Of a stretch of DNA of 64,000 bases, positions 51,733 to 64,000 are shown piece by piece. How positions within the stretch are numbered: position 1 is the first letter of the stretch; every line of letters begins with the position of its first letter. The stretch comes from Scenedesmus sp. PABB004. Lineage: Eukaryota. The stretch is taken from NCBI GenBank assembly GCA_014905635.1, contig JABVCE010000005.1, forward strand, positions 806,001-870,000. The letters are read 5' to 3'. The notes beneath the pieces were generated by a model. It was not told the origin of the DNA. It was given only the letters and a program-made list of their open reading frames with translations, and ran no database searches. Both the position numbers and the translations under genes were made by a program.

Positions 51733-52517
51733 ATGGCCCTCGCCTGCCGCTCCAGCGCATCCCTGAAGGCCGGCGCCGTGCGCGCGGTGCAGCCCCGCGC
51801 CGCCGTGCGCCCCGTGGCCGCGCTGAGCCAGCGCCAGCAGCAGGCGGCCAAGGTGGCCGGCGCCGGGCTCGCCAGCCTCGCCCTGGTGGCCGGCATCGCT
51901 GCTGCGCCCGTGAGTCGCGCGCAGGGCGGGCGGGGGGTCCGCACCGTGCCCGCCCCTTGCGCGCCCACCGCCGCGCCAGCGCGGGGCGCCGCGCCAGCGC
52001 CAGCCGGCGCCGGGTCGCGCCGCCGCGGCGCCGGCAGCGCCGCCGCTGCTGCTGCCTACCACGGCCGGCGACCGCGCGCAGCCGCTCGGCGTGTGGTGTC
52101 AGGGGGGCCGCTGCGGCGCGGCACGGCGCCGCCGGCGCCGCGCGATCGGCCGCCCGATCGCGGCGGGCGCGCGCGCAGCCGTGCGATCGCGGCGGGCACG
52201 CGCGCAGCGGGCGCGCGGCGCCGACGCGCGATCTGCGGGCGCCGGGGCGCTCGGGCGCGTGCGCCGGCAGGCAGCCGCAGCAGGCAGCAGCGCGCCGGCC
52301 GACGCGCTGAGCCGCGCCGCGCCCGCCCGCCCGCGCGCCTTGCTGCGCCGCGCAGGCCGAGGCCGCCAACGTGGTGCACACCGTCGCGAGCGCGGCGGAG
52401 GGCTACCCGTTCGTGCCGCCGTCGTGGGCGCCCGCGGTGTTTGTGCCCTTCACGGGCCTCGTGCTGCCCGCGATCGTCATGTCCAGCCTGTTTGTGTACA
52501 TCGAGGCCGAGAAGTGA
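51733..52517 (+). CDS. PSAI: Photosystem I subunit VIII, nuclear-encoded. Exons 51733-51909, 52355-52517
   Basis: Transit peptide followed by YPFVPPSWAPAVFVPFTGLVLPAIVMSSLFVYIE. Confidence 0.93.
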
Positions 52518-53139
52518 GGCGGCCGCAGCGCACGGCGGCGGCCCGGCACTAGGCAGCAGACACGGCGGGCGGGGCGCGGGCCCGCGGCGCACGGCGACCG
52601 CAGGCCGCGCCCCGCCGGCGGCAGGAGACTAGCGGGCGCGGGCGCGGGCGCGGCGCCGGCGCCCGCAGCGCGCGGGGCCGGCGCGCGCCCGGCCGCGCGG
52701 CGGCGCGCGCGCGCCCGCGTGCGAGCGTTGGGTGGTGGTTGCGCGCTGTGCGCGCGAGTGCTCTCTCTGGCTGCAACGAGCAGCCCCAACGAGCGCGCGG
52801 CGCCGGCGCGCGGCGGCAACGGCAGCGGCGCGCGCTGCAACAGCAGCGACAGCAACAGCAGCAGCCACCTCGCTCAGCGCCCAGCGGCAGACGCGCGCCT
52901 GCTCCAGCTCCAGCTCCAGGCGCGCCGCGCGCTCGCCCGCGAGCGGCCAGGCCGGCCTGCGCCGCTCGCGAGCCCGCAGGAGGCCGGGCCGTGCCGCGCA
53001 TTGAGGCGCGCTGGGACCGCCCGCATCGAGGGACGGGCTGCGCAGGGCCCGGGGCCGCGCGTTGAACCGCGGCATGCCCAGAATCGGTCGCCTGCCCGCG
53101 CCGCGCCCGCGCGCCCCCAGTCCCGTTCGATTGCCCGTC

Positions 53140-53670
53140 ATGCAGGCCCTGGCGTCTCGTGGTCTCCGCGTCGCGCCCGCCGCCCCGGCGGCGCGGCGCT
53201 GCGGCGCTGTGCGGCCGGGTGTGGCCAGCAGCAGCAGCCGGCGGGGCGGCGCGGCGCGGCAGCTGGCGGCGCCGCTGGGCGCCGTGGCGGCCGACATCAC
53301 GGAGTTCGAGGAGATGGCGCTGGAGGGGGGCGCCGCCGCCGGCGGGGCGGCCGCGCCATCGGGGCCCGTCAAGCTCCGCGTCCGCATGCGGGGCTACGAC
53401 ATTGGCATCATGGCCAAGGCCTGCGAGCAGATCAAGCTCATCGCGGCCATGACGGGCGCCAACATCGCGGGCCCGGTGATGCTGCCGACCAAGAAGCGCG
53501 TCTACTGCGTGCTGCGCAGCCCCCACGTCAACAAGGACGCGCGCGAGCACTTTGAGATCCGCATCCACAACCGCCTCGTCGACCTGACCAGCCTCTCGGC
53601 GCAGACGGTGCAGGCGCTCATGGAGTGGGTGCCGCCGAGCGGGCTCGAGGTGGAGACGAGCATCGTCTGA
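53140..53670 (+). CDS. PRPS10: Plastid ribosomal protein uS10, intronless
   Basis: [46 protein letters not shown] and an N-terminal transit peptide. Confidence 0.95.
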   Translation: MQALASRGLRVAPAAPAARRCGAVRPGVASSSSRRGGAARQLAAPLGAVAADITEFEEMALEGGAAAGGAAAPSGPVKLRVRMRGYDIGIMAKACEQIKLIAAMTGANIAGPVMLPTKKRVYCVLRSPHVNKDAREHFEIRIHNRLVDLTSLSAQTVQALMEWVPPSGLEVETSIV

Positions 53671-54165
53671 GCGCGCCGCCGGCGCGCGCAGCAGCAGCGG
53701 CAGCAGCGGCACGGGACCTCTCTCTCTCTCTGTACTTTTACAGACCGGGCGGGGCGAGGCGGGGTGAGGGGCGGGGCGAGGGGCGCGCGCGGGCGCGTGG
53801 CGGCGGGCGCCGGCGGCGGCGGCGGCCGGCCGCCGCGGCTGCAGGAGCAGCCGCGGCGGCGCGCCGCAGGGCCGGCGCGCTCGCTGGAGCAGCGGCGGAG
53901 TGAGTGGGATCGGCCGGCGCCACCCTTCTGTGGCGCCCGCCGCGGGCGGCGGCGCCCGCATCAGTGAGCGCGGCGCCGCTGGCCGCCGCAACGTCGGCGG
54001 GCGCTGCTGCTGCCTGGCAGCGCCACCGCCGGCGGCGGCTCGCGGCAGCTGCAGCAGCTGACGCGGCGGCACCTGCGACGCTGCCGCGCGGGCCGTCTTG
54101 CGCATTGTGGGCGTGGGTGGCGGGTCGGGGTAACATGGCGCGCTCGGCGCACCCCGCGCCCCGCG

Positions 54166-57100
54166 TCAGCCGGCGCCCGACGACTGCTGCTGCTGCGGGT
54201 TCAGCGCGCCGCCCGGCCCGCCGGCCGCGCCGGCGCCCATGTAGTTGTTGGGCCGCGGCGGCCGCGCGCTGCGGCCTGCGTCGGCCTGCCGCTCCTCGAA
54301 GCGCACGCGCCGCTTGCGCTCGCGCCGGCCCTGCGAGCCCTCGCCGCCGCCGTCCTGGGCCGCGGGCGTGCCCTCGTCGCCGGCTGCGCACGGCGGCGGC
54401 GGCGGCGCGGCCGGGCGCGTGAGCGCACGCGCGCGCGGGGCTGGGCGTCCACCGGGCGCCCAGCGCGGCGCGCGCCCTGCGCGCCCACGCACAGGCCTCG
54501 CCCGAGCCGTCCTCGTCGTCGTCCTCGACGCCGCCGCCCGGCCGGGTCGCCTCCAGGCCCAGCGCAACCTCCTGCGCCGGCGCGGCGCGGCGGGCGTCCC
54601 GTCGGCGCGCGCCCTGCCCCGCAGCCGCGCCGGCGCTGCCCGCCGCGCCGCGCGCCGGCGCACCGCGGGCAGCCAGTGCAGCGGCGCGTCGTCGCCGGCC
54701 GCGGCCTCGTCCTCCTCGTCGCTCGAAAAGACGCGCAGCGGCGGGCGGCTGAGCACGTCGACCGGCCCGTCCTCCTCCTCGCCGCACGCCTCCTCGCCGC
54801 GCGGCGCCGCCGGGGGCGCTCGTTGACGTCAAACTCGTCCTCCGCCTCCACGTACTCCTCGTTGGCCTCGAGCTCCTGCGCGCCGCGCCGCGGCGGAGGA
54901 AGGGGAGGGGCGGACGTGCGGCGCCGCGCGCGCGGCGACGTGGGCGGCGGCGCGGCGCGGCGGCGCGCGCGCGCGCGCAGCGGCAGCGTGGGCGGCTGAG
55001 GCCGCGCGGGACCGCGGCCGCGGCGGCCGCGGCGCGGCGCGGCGCGCGCCTTGAACTCGGGCGCGAACGCGCTCCAGTTTTCGGCAAAGACCTGGGCCCA
55101 CAGGTAGACCTGCGGCGGCGGCGGCGCGCGGGGCGGGGCGGCGCGAGTCGGAGGCCAGCAGGCGCGCGAGGCCCGGACCGCGCGCGCGGGCGCGCGCACC
55201 CGGCCGTTGCCGGACACCGTCACGAGCAGCGAGCGCGCCGGGTGCCACGTGAGGTCGGCGGTGGACTCGTTGCGCGGGCCTGCGCGGCGCGCGGCCGGCG
55301 CGGCGCGCCGCCCTCAGCTCGGCTCGGCGCGGCGCGCTCGAGAGGGCGGCGCCACGCCCCCCGGCGCCGCACCCTCCAGGATCTTCTCCAGCTTGCCCAG
55401 GTGCCGGCTCCAGACGTATATGCGGTGCTCGTCCTTGGCCGCGGCGCCCGCGGCGACGTGCTCCGTGTCGCTGCTGAGCGCCGCGCCGCGCCACTGGTTG
55501 CGCTCGACCGCGTTGTGGAACGACGTCCCGCTCGGCGACAGCAGCGCACCGCCCGCGTCGGCCGCGAGCAGCGGGCCCGTGCGGCTCGCCTGCGCGGCGG
55601 CGGCAGTCGGGGCCGCAAGTGGCGCGCGGCACGCGGCGCGCGCGGCGCGGCAGCGGCCGGGCCGGCGCCTGCGCGGCCGCGCCGCCCGCACCTCCACGCC
55701 GGCCAGCGCGGCCTTCAGCTGCTCTTCGCTCAGCGGCGCCGCGCCCGGCGGCCGCGGGCGCAGCTCAAACAGGCGGACGACCTTGTCGCTGCAGTTGGCC
55801 AGCAGCAGGCGGCCCTTGCGGTCGGAGCTGAGGCTCATCACCTTGACCGCCGCCGGCAGCTGCGGCGGCGCGCGGCGCGGCGTGGCCGCTCGACGCGCGC
55901 GCGCGGGAGCGGCCGCTCGGCGCGAGTGCGCGGGCTGCTGCTGTGCCCCGGGGCGCCCCTCCTGCTCGGAGGCGCTCGGCCGGCCGCCGCCCCGGGTGCT
56001 CACCTTGACAACCTCCAGCACCTGCGCGGTCGCCGCATCATACACCGTGATGACGCCGCGCAGCTGGCCCAGCAGCACCTCGCCGCCGGAGCGCGTCAGG
56101 TGCGCCACGCCCGTGGCGGTCGCGTTAAGCGACGCCTCCTGCTGCCCGCCCTTGCCCGCTGCGCGCGGCGGCGCGCGCAACGGCGCGCGCGGCGGCGCGG
56201 GCTCGGCAGGCGCGCGTGCCGGGCGCGCGCGCCGGGCGCGGGGGCGCTGCCGCCGCCGCCGCCGCTGCGGCGCCGCGTCGCGTCGGGCGCCGCACGTTTG
56301 AGCTCCACGCTCGCGAGCGGCGTGACCTGGCCGCTGCCCAGGTCGATTAGCACCGGCGGCGTGCTGATGAGCGACGCGGCCGCGCGGTACGGCGCGCGCT
56401 GGCTGAGGCACACGCGCGCGACGCCCGACGCGACGACCACGTCGCACACCTGCGCGCCGCCGGCAGCGGCGCGCGCGCTCGGGCCGGCCGCAGCCGTGGC
56501 GGCAGCGGCAGCGGCAGCGGCTGCGCCCGCCCGCCGCACCTGCTCGCCGCTGAGGATGTCCCACAGCGTCACGTGCTTGTCGAGCGAGCCCGACAGCAGG
56601 TGCCGGCCGCTGCGCGACCACGCGAGGCTGGTGATGGCCGGCGGCGCCGCGCCGCGCGGCGCCGGCGCGCCATCCTGGCCGCCGCTGCGGAGCCGCGCCG
56701 CGCGCCGCGCGCGGCGGCGGGGCGGGGGTCGGCCGGCCAGCGTGCGCGCCGCCGCCGCCGCGCTGCCTGCCGCATGCTGCAGCCGCCGCCCGCCGCGCTC
56801 GCGGCGCCAGCGGCGCCGCGCCGCGCTGCGAAGCCGCCGCGCCTGCGGGCGAGGACCTTGGCCACGCCGCGCGTCTCAAAGTCCCAGATCACGATGAACC
56901 CGTCCTCCGTGCCGGCTGCAGGGGCGCGGCGCGGTTGCGTCGGCGCGGCGCGGGAGCGCTCGGCAGAATGCGCGCGGCGCGGCGCGCGGCGGTTGCGGCG
57001 GTTGCCGCCCCCCGCGCCCCGCGCCGCGCGCGCACTCGCGAGCAGCGTGCCGCGCCGGTTGAACGCGGCGCACTTGGCGGCGCCGTACTCGAGGTACTCC

Positions 57101-57279
57101 TCGATCACCTCGGGCAGCGCGACGCTCGCCTGCACCGACGCGCCGTCTGCGGGCGCGCAGCAGCGGGCGCGCGGCGGCGCGGCGCGGCGCGCGGCACGGC
57201 CTGGGCGCGCCGCGCGCCGGGGGGCGCGGCGAGGGCGCGAGCCGCCGGCGCGCCACCCACCCAGGAGCTTGCGGTTCAT
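54166..57279 (-). CDS. RBBP5: RBBP5/Swd1 WD40 subunit of the COMPASS H3K4 methyltransferase; 1-nt frameshift near 54812-54816
   Basis: PEVIEEYLE, FNRRGTLLA, IWDFETRGVA, ENWSAFAPEFKELEANEEYVEAEDEFD, VDV, SSDEE, LHWLP. Confidence 0.92.
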
Positions 57280-57675
57280 GGCCGGCCGCCGCTCAGCGCA
57301 TGGCGCGCCGCGCCGCGCTCGCGCCGCTGCTGCCGCCGCGCGGGCGCCTGGCGTTGCCGCGGCGTGGCGAGGGCGGCTCGTGTGGCGAGATCAGCGTGCG
57401 AAGAGCGGTATGGTGCGGCGGCGGCGAGGTGTGGCGGCCAAAGGGGAAGAGGGGGAGGTGGGTGATGTCGGCGAAACCGTTTAGTCCTTGTCAAACGAGG
57501 TTCAGTGCGTGTGGCCCTCTCGGCTCTGGCGCGGCAGCACCCTCCTCTCCATACGCCGACAGCAGCGGGCGCGTGGCGGCGTCGCAGCTCGCCGCGCCGA
57601 CAGCAGCAGCGGGCGCGGCCCGCCGGCGGCGCCGCCGCCGCTGCTGCAGGAGGAGGCCCGCCGAGCCCTGCTGCG

Positions 57676-58249
57676 ATGCAGCAGTACGCGCGTGCCGCCA
57701 AGGAGCTGCTGGACAAGGCCGCCAAGCTCACGCTGCCGGCGGCGCGCGACGACGCCGGCGGCGCCGCGCCGCGGCCGCTGGCGCCGCCGGTGCTGCTGCA
57801 GGCGTCGTCGTCGTCGCCGCACGCGCCGCGGCCCACCGTGCCGGTGGAGGCGCGCGTGAGCCGGTTCAAGCAGGAGCTGCTGGCGAGTCGGATCAACCTG
57901 GAGGAGCTGCGCCGGCTGTCGTGCGGCGGCATCCCCGACCGCGACGGCCTGCGGGCGATGACCTGGAAGGTGGGCGGGCGAGCTGGAGCCGCCACGGCCA
58001 CGGCCACGGCTGGACTGGCGCTGCGTTGCGCGCGCAAGCCAGCGCTGCGCGCCAGCGCGCGGCGCGCGGGCGCGTCGGCGGCGGCGGCGCCAACCGCTGC
58101 AACCGCCGCAACCGCCGCTGCCGCCCCGGCCATGCCACACGCAGCTGCTGCTGGGCTACCTGCCGCCAGACCCCACGGAGTGGGACGCGGTGCTCGCGGC
58201 CAAGCGCGCGCAGTACAAGCAGTTCTGCGAGGAGCTGATCGTCGACCCC

Positions 58250-58305
<56 letters not shown>

Positions 58306-59270
58306 GGGCGGCGAGCTACCACCGAACCCTAGCGCCAACGACGGTGGCGGCCAGCGCGGCGGCGCTGGCGACCGCAGCGGCAGCGCCGGCGCCACAGCAC
58401 CGCGCGGCGGCGGCGGCAGCGGCGGCGGCGACCCGCTCGGCTCTGGCGGCGCCGCCGCCGCGCCGCTGGCGCCCGACCCGCCGCCGGCCGCGGCGCCGCT
58501 GGAGCTGGCGGCCGAGGAGCCGGACGACCACCCGCTCGCGCTGCACGCGGGCAGCAAGTGGCACACCTTTTTCAAGGCGCGGCCGCCGCGCCGCCCGCCC
58601 TCGCTCGCCCGTCGCCGGCCCCGGCCGCGCGCCTGCCGCCGCGCCGCCTCCCACGTCCCACCCCGCGCCTCGCGCCTCCCACCGCCCCTCCCGCGCCGCG
58701 CACCCGCGCCCGCGCCGCGCTGCTTGCAGGACAGCGAGGTCATGGATCAGATCACGCGCGACGTGCTGCGCACCCACCCCGACATGCACTTCTTCAGCGG
58801 CGACGGCCCCGGCCCCGCGGGCCACCGCGACGCGATGCGCCGCGCGCTCTTCATGTTTGCCAAGCTCAACCCCGGGCTGCGCTACATCCAGGGCATGCAC
58901 GAGCTCTTCGCGCCGCTGTACCACACCTTTGCGACCGACCCCGCGCCCGGCGCGGACGCGGCGGCCGAGGCGGACGCGTTCTTCTGCTTCGTTGAGCTCA
59001 TCAGCAGCTTCCGGGACCACTTCTGCGCCTCGCTCGACAACAGCACGAGCGGCATCCGCGCGACGATCGCCAAGCTCGTGGCGCTGCTCGCCGCGCACGA
59101 CCCGGGCCTCGCGGAGCACCTCGCGCGCCACAAGGCGCGCGCCGCGCGCTGCGCGCCGCCGCGCTGAGCGCGCCGGGCGGGGCCCCGCCGGCGTGCAGCG
59201 CGGGCAGCGCGCGCGCCGCGACGCCCCGCCCGCGGCCGCCGCGGCGCGGCGCGGCGCGCGTGCCCCGACC

Positions 59271-59310
<40 letters not shown>

Positions 59311-59766
59311 TGTGGTGCGCGCGCAGGTGGAGCCGCAGTTCTTCGCGTTCCGCTGGATCACGCTGCTGCTGACGCAGGAGTTTCCCTTCCCCGACGCCGT
59401 GCGCATCTGGGACACGCTGCTCGCCGACCCCTGCGGCCGGCTCGACTGCCTGCTGCGCGTGTGCGTCGCGCTGCTGATGCACGAGCGCGACACGCTGCTC
59501 GCCGGTGCGCGCGCGCGCGCGCCGCGGGGCTGAGCGCGGGCCGGGCCGCCGCCGCCGCGCTGCGTGGCGGGCGCTGCGCCAGGCGCTGCTGCGGCGCGCC
59601 CTCCGCTGCTGCTCAGCGGCGCTGGCGCCGCCGCCGCGGCCGGGTGCTGCCGGGCGCAGGCGACTTTGCGGTGATCGTCAAGACGCTGCAGCGCTACCCG
59701 AGCGTGGACGTGGACGTCATCCTGCGCGCCGCCGCGCGCCTGCCGCCCTGCGCCACCGGCTGCTGA
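57676..59766 (+). CDS. TBC1D13: TBC-domain Rab GAP (TBC1D13-like), 5 exons
   Basis: GIPD..GLR..TWKLLLGYLP, QITRDVLRTHPDMHFF, KLNPGLRYIQGMHE, EADAFFCF, PQFFAFRWITLLLTQEF. Confidence 0.9.
58253..58303 (+). repeat. (CAG)17 coding polyglutamine tract
   Basis: Perfect CAG array, in frame in exon 2 of the TBC gene. Confidence 0.95.
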
Positions 59767-60536
59767 CGACGGCGGCGCGGTGCGATGCGAGCGGCGCGGG
59801 GCGGGAGCGGCGCGGGAGCGGCGCGTCGGCGGCGGCAGCGGCGCGGGGCGCGCGCCCAACCTCCCCACCGCTGCCGCGGCGGCTGCCGCTGGCGCACGGC
59901 TGCCGGCACCGCCGGCGGGGCCACGCCGGTGGGCTCCCAGCTGGGTGGCAGCCGTGGTGGCGCTGTAGGCGCGTGCTCGAGCTCGGGGCGCCACGGCTGC
60001 TGACGACGCGCCCCCCTGCGCCGGCGGCCAGCCCCCGGAAGTAACTGGCTGGACAGCTGCCCCCGCCCCTCGCAGCCGTGTTCCCGCGTGACCAAGCGCG
60101 CATTCGGCAGCTGGGCGCGCGAGCTGCAGGCGCCAACAGCGGCGCGCCGAGCGCGCAGTGTACCCGTGGGCGTACTGCATCTCCCGCCATCTGCCGCCTC
60201 GCCGCAGGACGCGGGGCCCCTGGACGCCCGCCGCGTCTCGTGAGGTATGCAACCGGTCTCACGACCTCCCTGCCGCGGCAGACCGGGGCGGTGTCGCCCG
60301 GGCGCGCGCGGGAGGTAGAGGCGCGACCGCGCCAACGCAACTCGCACCCCGCCCCGCGCGCCCAGGCCGTGGGAAGCGCCCGCACTGCTGAGGGAGCTCT
60401 ACTAGCTGCTGCACGACCCAGGCGCGCTCGCGGAGCAGCAACCGGGGCCGCCGCGCGAGGGCTGGCCGGCGCGCAGCCAGCCAGCCTCCTGACTGCTCCG
60501 TGCGACGGGCGCCGCCGCCGCTGCGCCGCCGCAGCC

Positions 60537-63500
60537 ATGGCGGACCGCAACAAGCAGAAGCCCAAGCAGCCGGGCGCGCCGCCATCGCCGCGGGGCGGCG
60601 GCTACGCGGCGTCGCCGCGCGCGGCGGCCGCTGCCGCGTCCTACGTGCGCACAGGCAGCCAGCAGCCGTCGCCGCGCGGGCGGGCGCAGCCGTCGCCCCG
60701 GCTGCAGCCCGACGCCGGCGCCCCGCACACGAGCTCCTTTTCGCTCGCCGGCGCGGTGGCCAACCTGCTGTACAACAACGGCGCCGCCGCCAGCAGCGCG
60801 GGCGACGCGACGCCGACGCTCACGCCGCGCAGCGCCGCCAGCGCGGCGGGCCGCGCCCAGAGTGGCGGCCTCGCGGCCCGCATCACCGCGGCGGAGCTGA
60901 CGGCGGCGGGCACGTTTGACGCTGCCAGCTGGGCGGCCGCGGCGGCCGAGGCGGTGCGGGCCGACCAGGAGGCGGCGGTGGAGGCCGCGCGGCGCGCGCG
61001 CGCCGAGGACGAGGAGCGGCGCCGCCGTGAGCAGGTGCACGCGGCCGCGGTGGCCCTCGCGGCCGCGCGCGTGTCGGCGGCGGCCGCGCCCGCCGGCGTC
61101 GTCGAGCCCCCGGGCGGCGCGCCGCCGCGGCTGGCGCTGGCGCCCAGCGGCGACCGCTACGACGAGCAGGGCGCGCTCGTGGGGGCGGTCCGTGCCACGC
61201 CCCGCGGCGCGCGCCTGTCAGACGGCGACTCGCGCGCGCCGTCCGAGGAAGAGGAGGAGGGGGAGGAGGACAGCTACGCCGCGCCGCGCGGCGAGGGCGC
61301 CTCGCCCACGTCGGCCGCGGCGGCCGCCGTGGCCGCCGCGGCGGCGGCCGCGTCGTGGGACGCCCGCGACGGCGCGGCCGGCGCGAGCGCGGGCGGACGG
61401 GACGCCGCGGCGATCGCGGCCGAGTATGTGCAGCTGCAGCGCTCCGGCGGCGGGCTGCGGCCGCCCCAGCCGGGCAGCCCCGTCGGCAGCGTCAGCAGCT
61501 TCTTCGGCAGCGCCAGCCTGCGCGCGGTGTTTGCGTCGTCCGGCGGCGGCAGCGCCGCGCAGGCGCCGCCCGCGCCGGCCCCCGCGGCGGCGCAGCAGGC
61601 GACGACGGCCGTGGCCGGGCTCTGGCAGCTGCCGTCGAGCGCGGTGGTGGAGGAGGAGGCGGCCGCGGCGGGCGACGACGGCAGCGAGGCGGCGCCCGAG
61701 CCCGCCGGCCGCGGCCTGCTGGCTTCCTTCTTCCGTGAGCGAGCGGCGCCGCGCCAGCCCGCCCGCGCCGCCCGCGCCGCCCGCGCCGCCCGCGCCGCCC
61801 GCGCCGCTGACACTGACCCCCGCGCTGCACCCCGCCCCCCGCCCGCGCGCGCCCGCAGGCGGCCAGCAGGTCCTGCCGACCGCCGGCGGCGCCGGCAGCA
61901 GCGACGCTGGCAGCCAGCCCGCCAGCAGCCGCGGCGGCGCCGACATCGAGGCCCCGCGCTCCAGCTGGGGCGGCGTGCTGCGGCGCTTCACCAGCAGCGG
62001 CGGCGGCGCGAACAAGGCCGGGGGCAGCATGCCGCCGACGCCGGTCAAGGGCGCGCCCGGCGCGGACCCCGCGCCGTCGAGCCGGCGCCGCACGGCCTGC
62101 CGCATCGCGGTGCCGCTGCTGCTCCTGCTGGTGGCGGCGGGCGTCGGCATCGGCGCGTGGCAGGGCCTCGCCGCGCGCGGCCGCGCGCAGACGGCGGCCG
62201 CGCGGGCGGGCCAGCCGCTCGTGTTTGAGGTCACCATGGCCGCGGACGCGCCCGACGCGCCCCGCGCCTGCGAGGCCTGGCTGGGCAGCCCCGAGGTGCG
62301 CCCCGGCGCGGCGCCGGGGCGCGCGCGCCGCCGCCGCCGGGGCGCGCGCGCCGCCGCCGCCGTCCACGCTGCGCCGCCCCGCTCTCGCCGCGCGCCCCGC
62401 GCCGCGCCCTGCCTCACCGCGCCGCCGTGCACGTCGCTGCCCGTGTGCCCGCAGCGCGTGGCTGGCTTTGCTGACGTCATCTCTGGCGGCTACGCGCACG
62501 CGCTCAACATCCCCGCCCCCGACCTGGCCGTGAGCTGGGTGGAGTGCGGCGGCGTGGTGCACCGCGCCCCCGCGCGCGGCGTGCTCACGGCCGCGGCCGA
62601 CGCGGCGAGCCAGCCCGGCGGCAGCGCGGACGCCGAGCCCGCCGCGCCTCGCCGCGCACTGCTGGAGGGCGGCGCAGCGCCCACAACCGACGTGGCGGCC
62701 GCGTTCTCGCTGCCCGCGCCGGCGGACGCGAGCGAGCACGCGCGGCTGACGCAGACGGTGCTGTCCGGCTCGGGCGCCATCCTGGCGGAGCCGCTCAGCC
62801 AGCTGCTGGGCGTGGCGGTGACGGTCAAGTCGGTGGAGCAGGTCAGCGGCCCCGCGGCGGCCGAGCCGCCCGCACCGGCGGCGGCGCAGCCCGCGCCCGC
62901 GGCGCAGCCGCTCGCGCCCGAGGAGGCCGTGGCGCAGCCCGAGCCTGTGGCGCAGCCCGAGCCTGCGGCGCAGCCCGAGCCTGTGGCGCAGCCGGAGCCC
63001 GCCGCGCAGCCCGCTGCGCAGCCGGAGCCCGTGGCGCCGCAGCCGGCTGCAACCCAGCCCGCGCCCCAGGCGCAGGCGCCCAAGCCCGCGCCTGCCAAGC
63101 AGGCCAAGGCCGCCCCGGCCGCCGCCGGCGCCGCGCCCGGCGCGGCGGCTGCTGCGGCGGCGCCCGAGCCTGCCAGCGCTCCCGTCGGCCTGGCGGCGAC
63201 GCCGGCCTGCTCCAAGCCGCCCTCGCCCCTCACGGCAGTGGAGGACAACGCGGGCCGGCTGTGGGGCTGGGAGTCTGGCGGCAGCTGCCTCTTTGTCGGC
63301 GCCGGCGCTGCCGACCTCGACCACGCGGGCGACGACAGCGCCTGGCGCGCCGCGCCCGCGTGCGAGGCGGCGCCCGGCCCGCGCAACGCCGTCGTCGACG
63401 GCGACGGCCGCGCCTGGGGCTGGGAGGGCGGCGCGAGCTGCGCGTTCCGCGACGTCTCGTACGTGCCGTTCGCGCCGGGGGTGCCGCAGCCCACCTGGGC

Positions 63501-64000
63501 GGCGGCGCCGGCGTGCGGCTTTGAGCCAACCGCGACCAACAGCGTCACCGACGTCGACGGCCGGCTGTGGGGCTGGCGCGACGACGACCAGAGCTGCGCC
63601 TTCCGCGACGAGCCCGCCGCCCTGCAGCCGGCGGCGGTCGGCGGCAACATGCGGCTGGCGGCGCCGCCCGCCGCCGCCGCCGACAAGGCCCCGGCGGCGG
63701 CGCCGCCCGCCGCCGTCAAGGCGACCAAGGCGGCGGCGCCGCCCGCCGCCGGCAAGCGCAAGCCCGCGCGCCCGAGCAACCGGCCCCGCGAGGTGCCCGT
63801 GGAGGCGCCGGTCAGCCGGCCCGCCGCGGCGTCGTTCGCCGCGGCCACGCCCATGGCGGCGTGGCCCGCGGCCGTGGCGACCGACTTTGTGTTTGCGCCC
63901 GACGCGCCCGCGCCGATGCCGGAGTGGCCCGCCGGCCCGACGTACGCGGTCGCGGCGCCGCCCGCGCGCGTGGGCGCCGTCGCGCCGCCCGCGCCGCTCC
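60537..64000 (+). CDS. Large single-pass membrane protein with Pro/Ala/Gln stalk and three CBM10-like WGW..SC repeats (runs off the window). Introns ~61735-61858 and 62296-62454
   Basis: TM IAVPLLLLLVAAGVGIGAW, AQPEP(V/A) tandem repeats, and three repeats C..(P)...V.D..GR.WGW(E/R)...SC.F. Confidence 0.72.

Noticed and set aside
52139..52165. CGCGATCGG…CCGATCGCG inverted repeat in the PsaI intron
   Set aside because: Short GC-rich hairpins are expected by chance at this composition.
51733..52517. Nuclear location of psaI as a novel endosymbiotic transfer
   Set aside because: Already known for chlorophycean algae such as Chlamydomonas.

Overview
Eukaryotic nuclear DNA of extreme GC content (roughly 75-80% by eye) from a chlorophycean green alga. 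The basis is nuclear psaI, spliceosomal introns and NGTAA-type poly(A) signals; Sphaeropleales/Scenedesmaceae is an inference. The long six-frame ORFs are mostly GC artefacts. Splicing exons by hand gives about 25 tightly packed genes: SBPase, YKT6, DUF3067, L-arabinokinase, TELO2, a 2OG-Fe(II) oxygenase, a ZMYND12/p38-like protein head-to-head with CFAP251, a CAP/PR-1 protein, a MEKHLA+WHEP-like protein, a divergent histone H3/CENH3, squalene synthase, TOC75, an F-box protein, TIM8, RAD54B-like, TLP18.3, a RING-less NSE1, PsaI, plastid RPS10, RBBP5, TBC1D13, a CBM10-like repeat membrane protein and two orphans. Most notable observations: (1) about one intron in five uses a GC-AG donor; (2) a dual-guide box C/D snoRNA sits in a TOC75 intron; (3) a 257-bp copy of RAD54B exon 1 lies antisense just downstream of NSE1; (4) the poly(A) signal appears relaxed to NGTAA; (5) an H3 variant mixes H3 and CENH3 traits; (6) two single-base homopolymer frameshifts are probably assembly errors. 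All assignments come from motif recognition without database searches, and exon boundaries were read manually.
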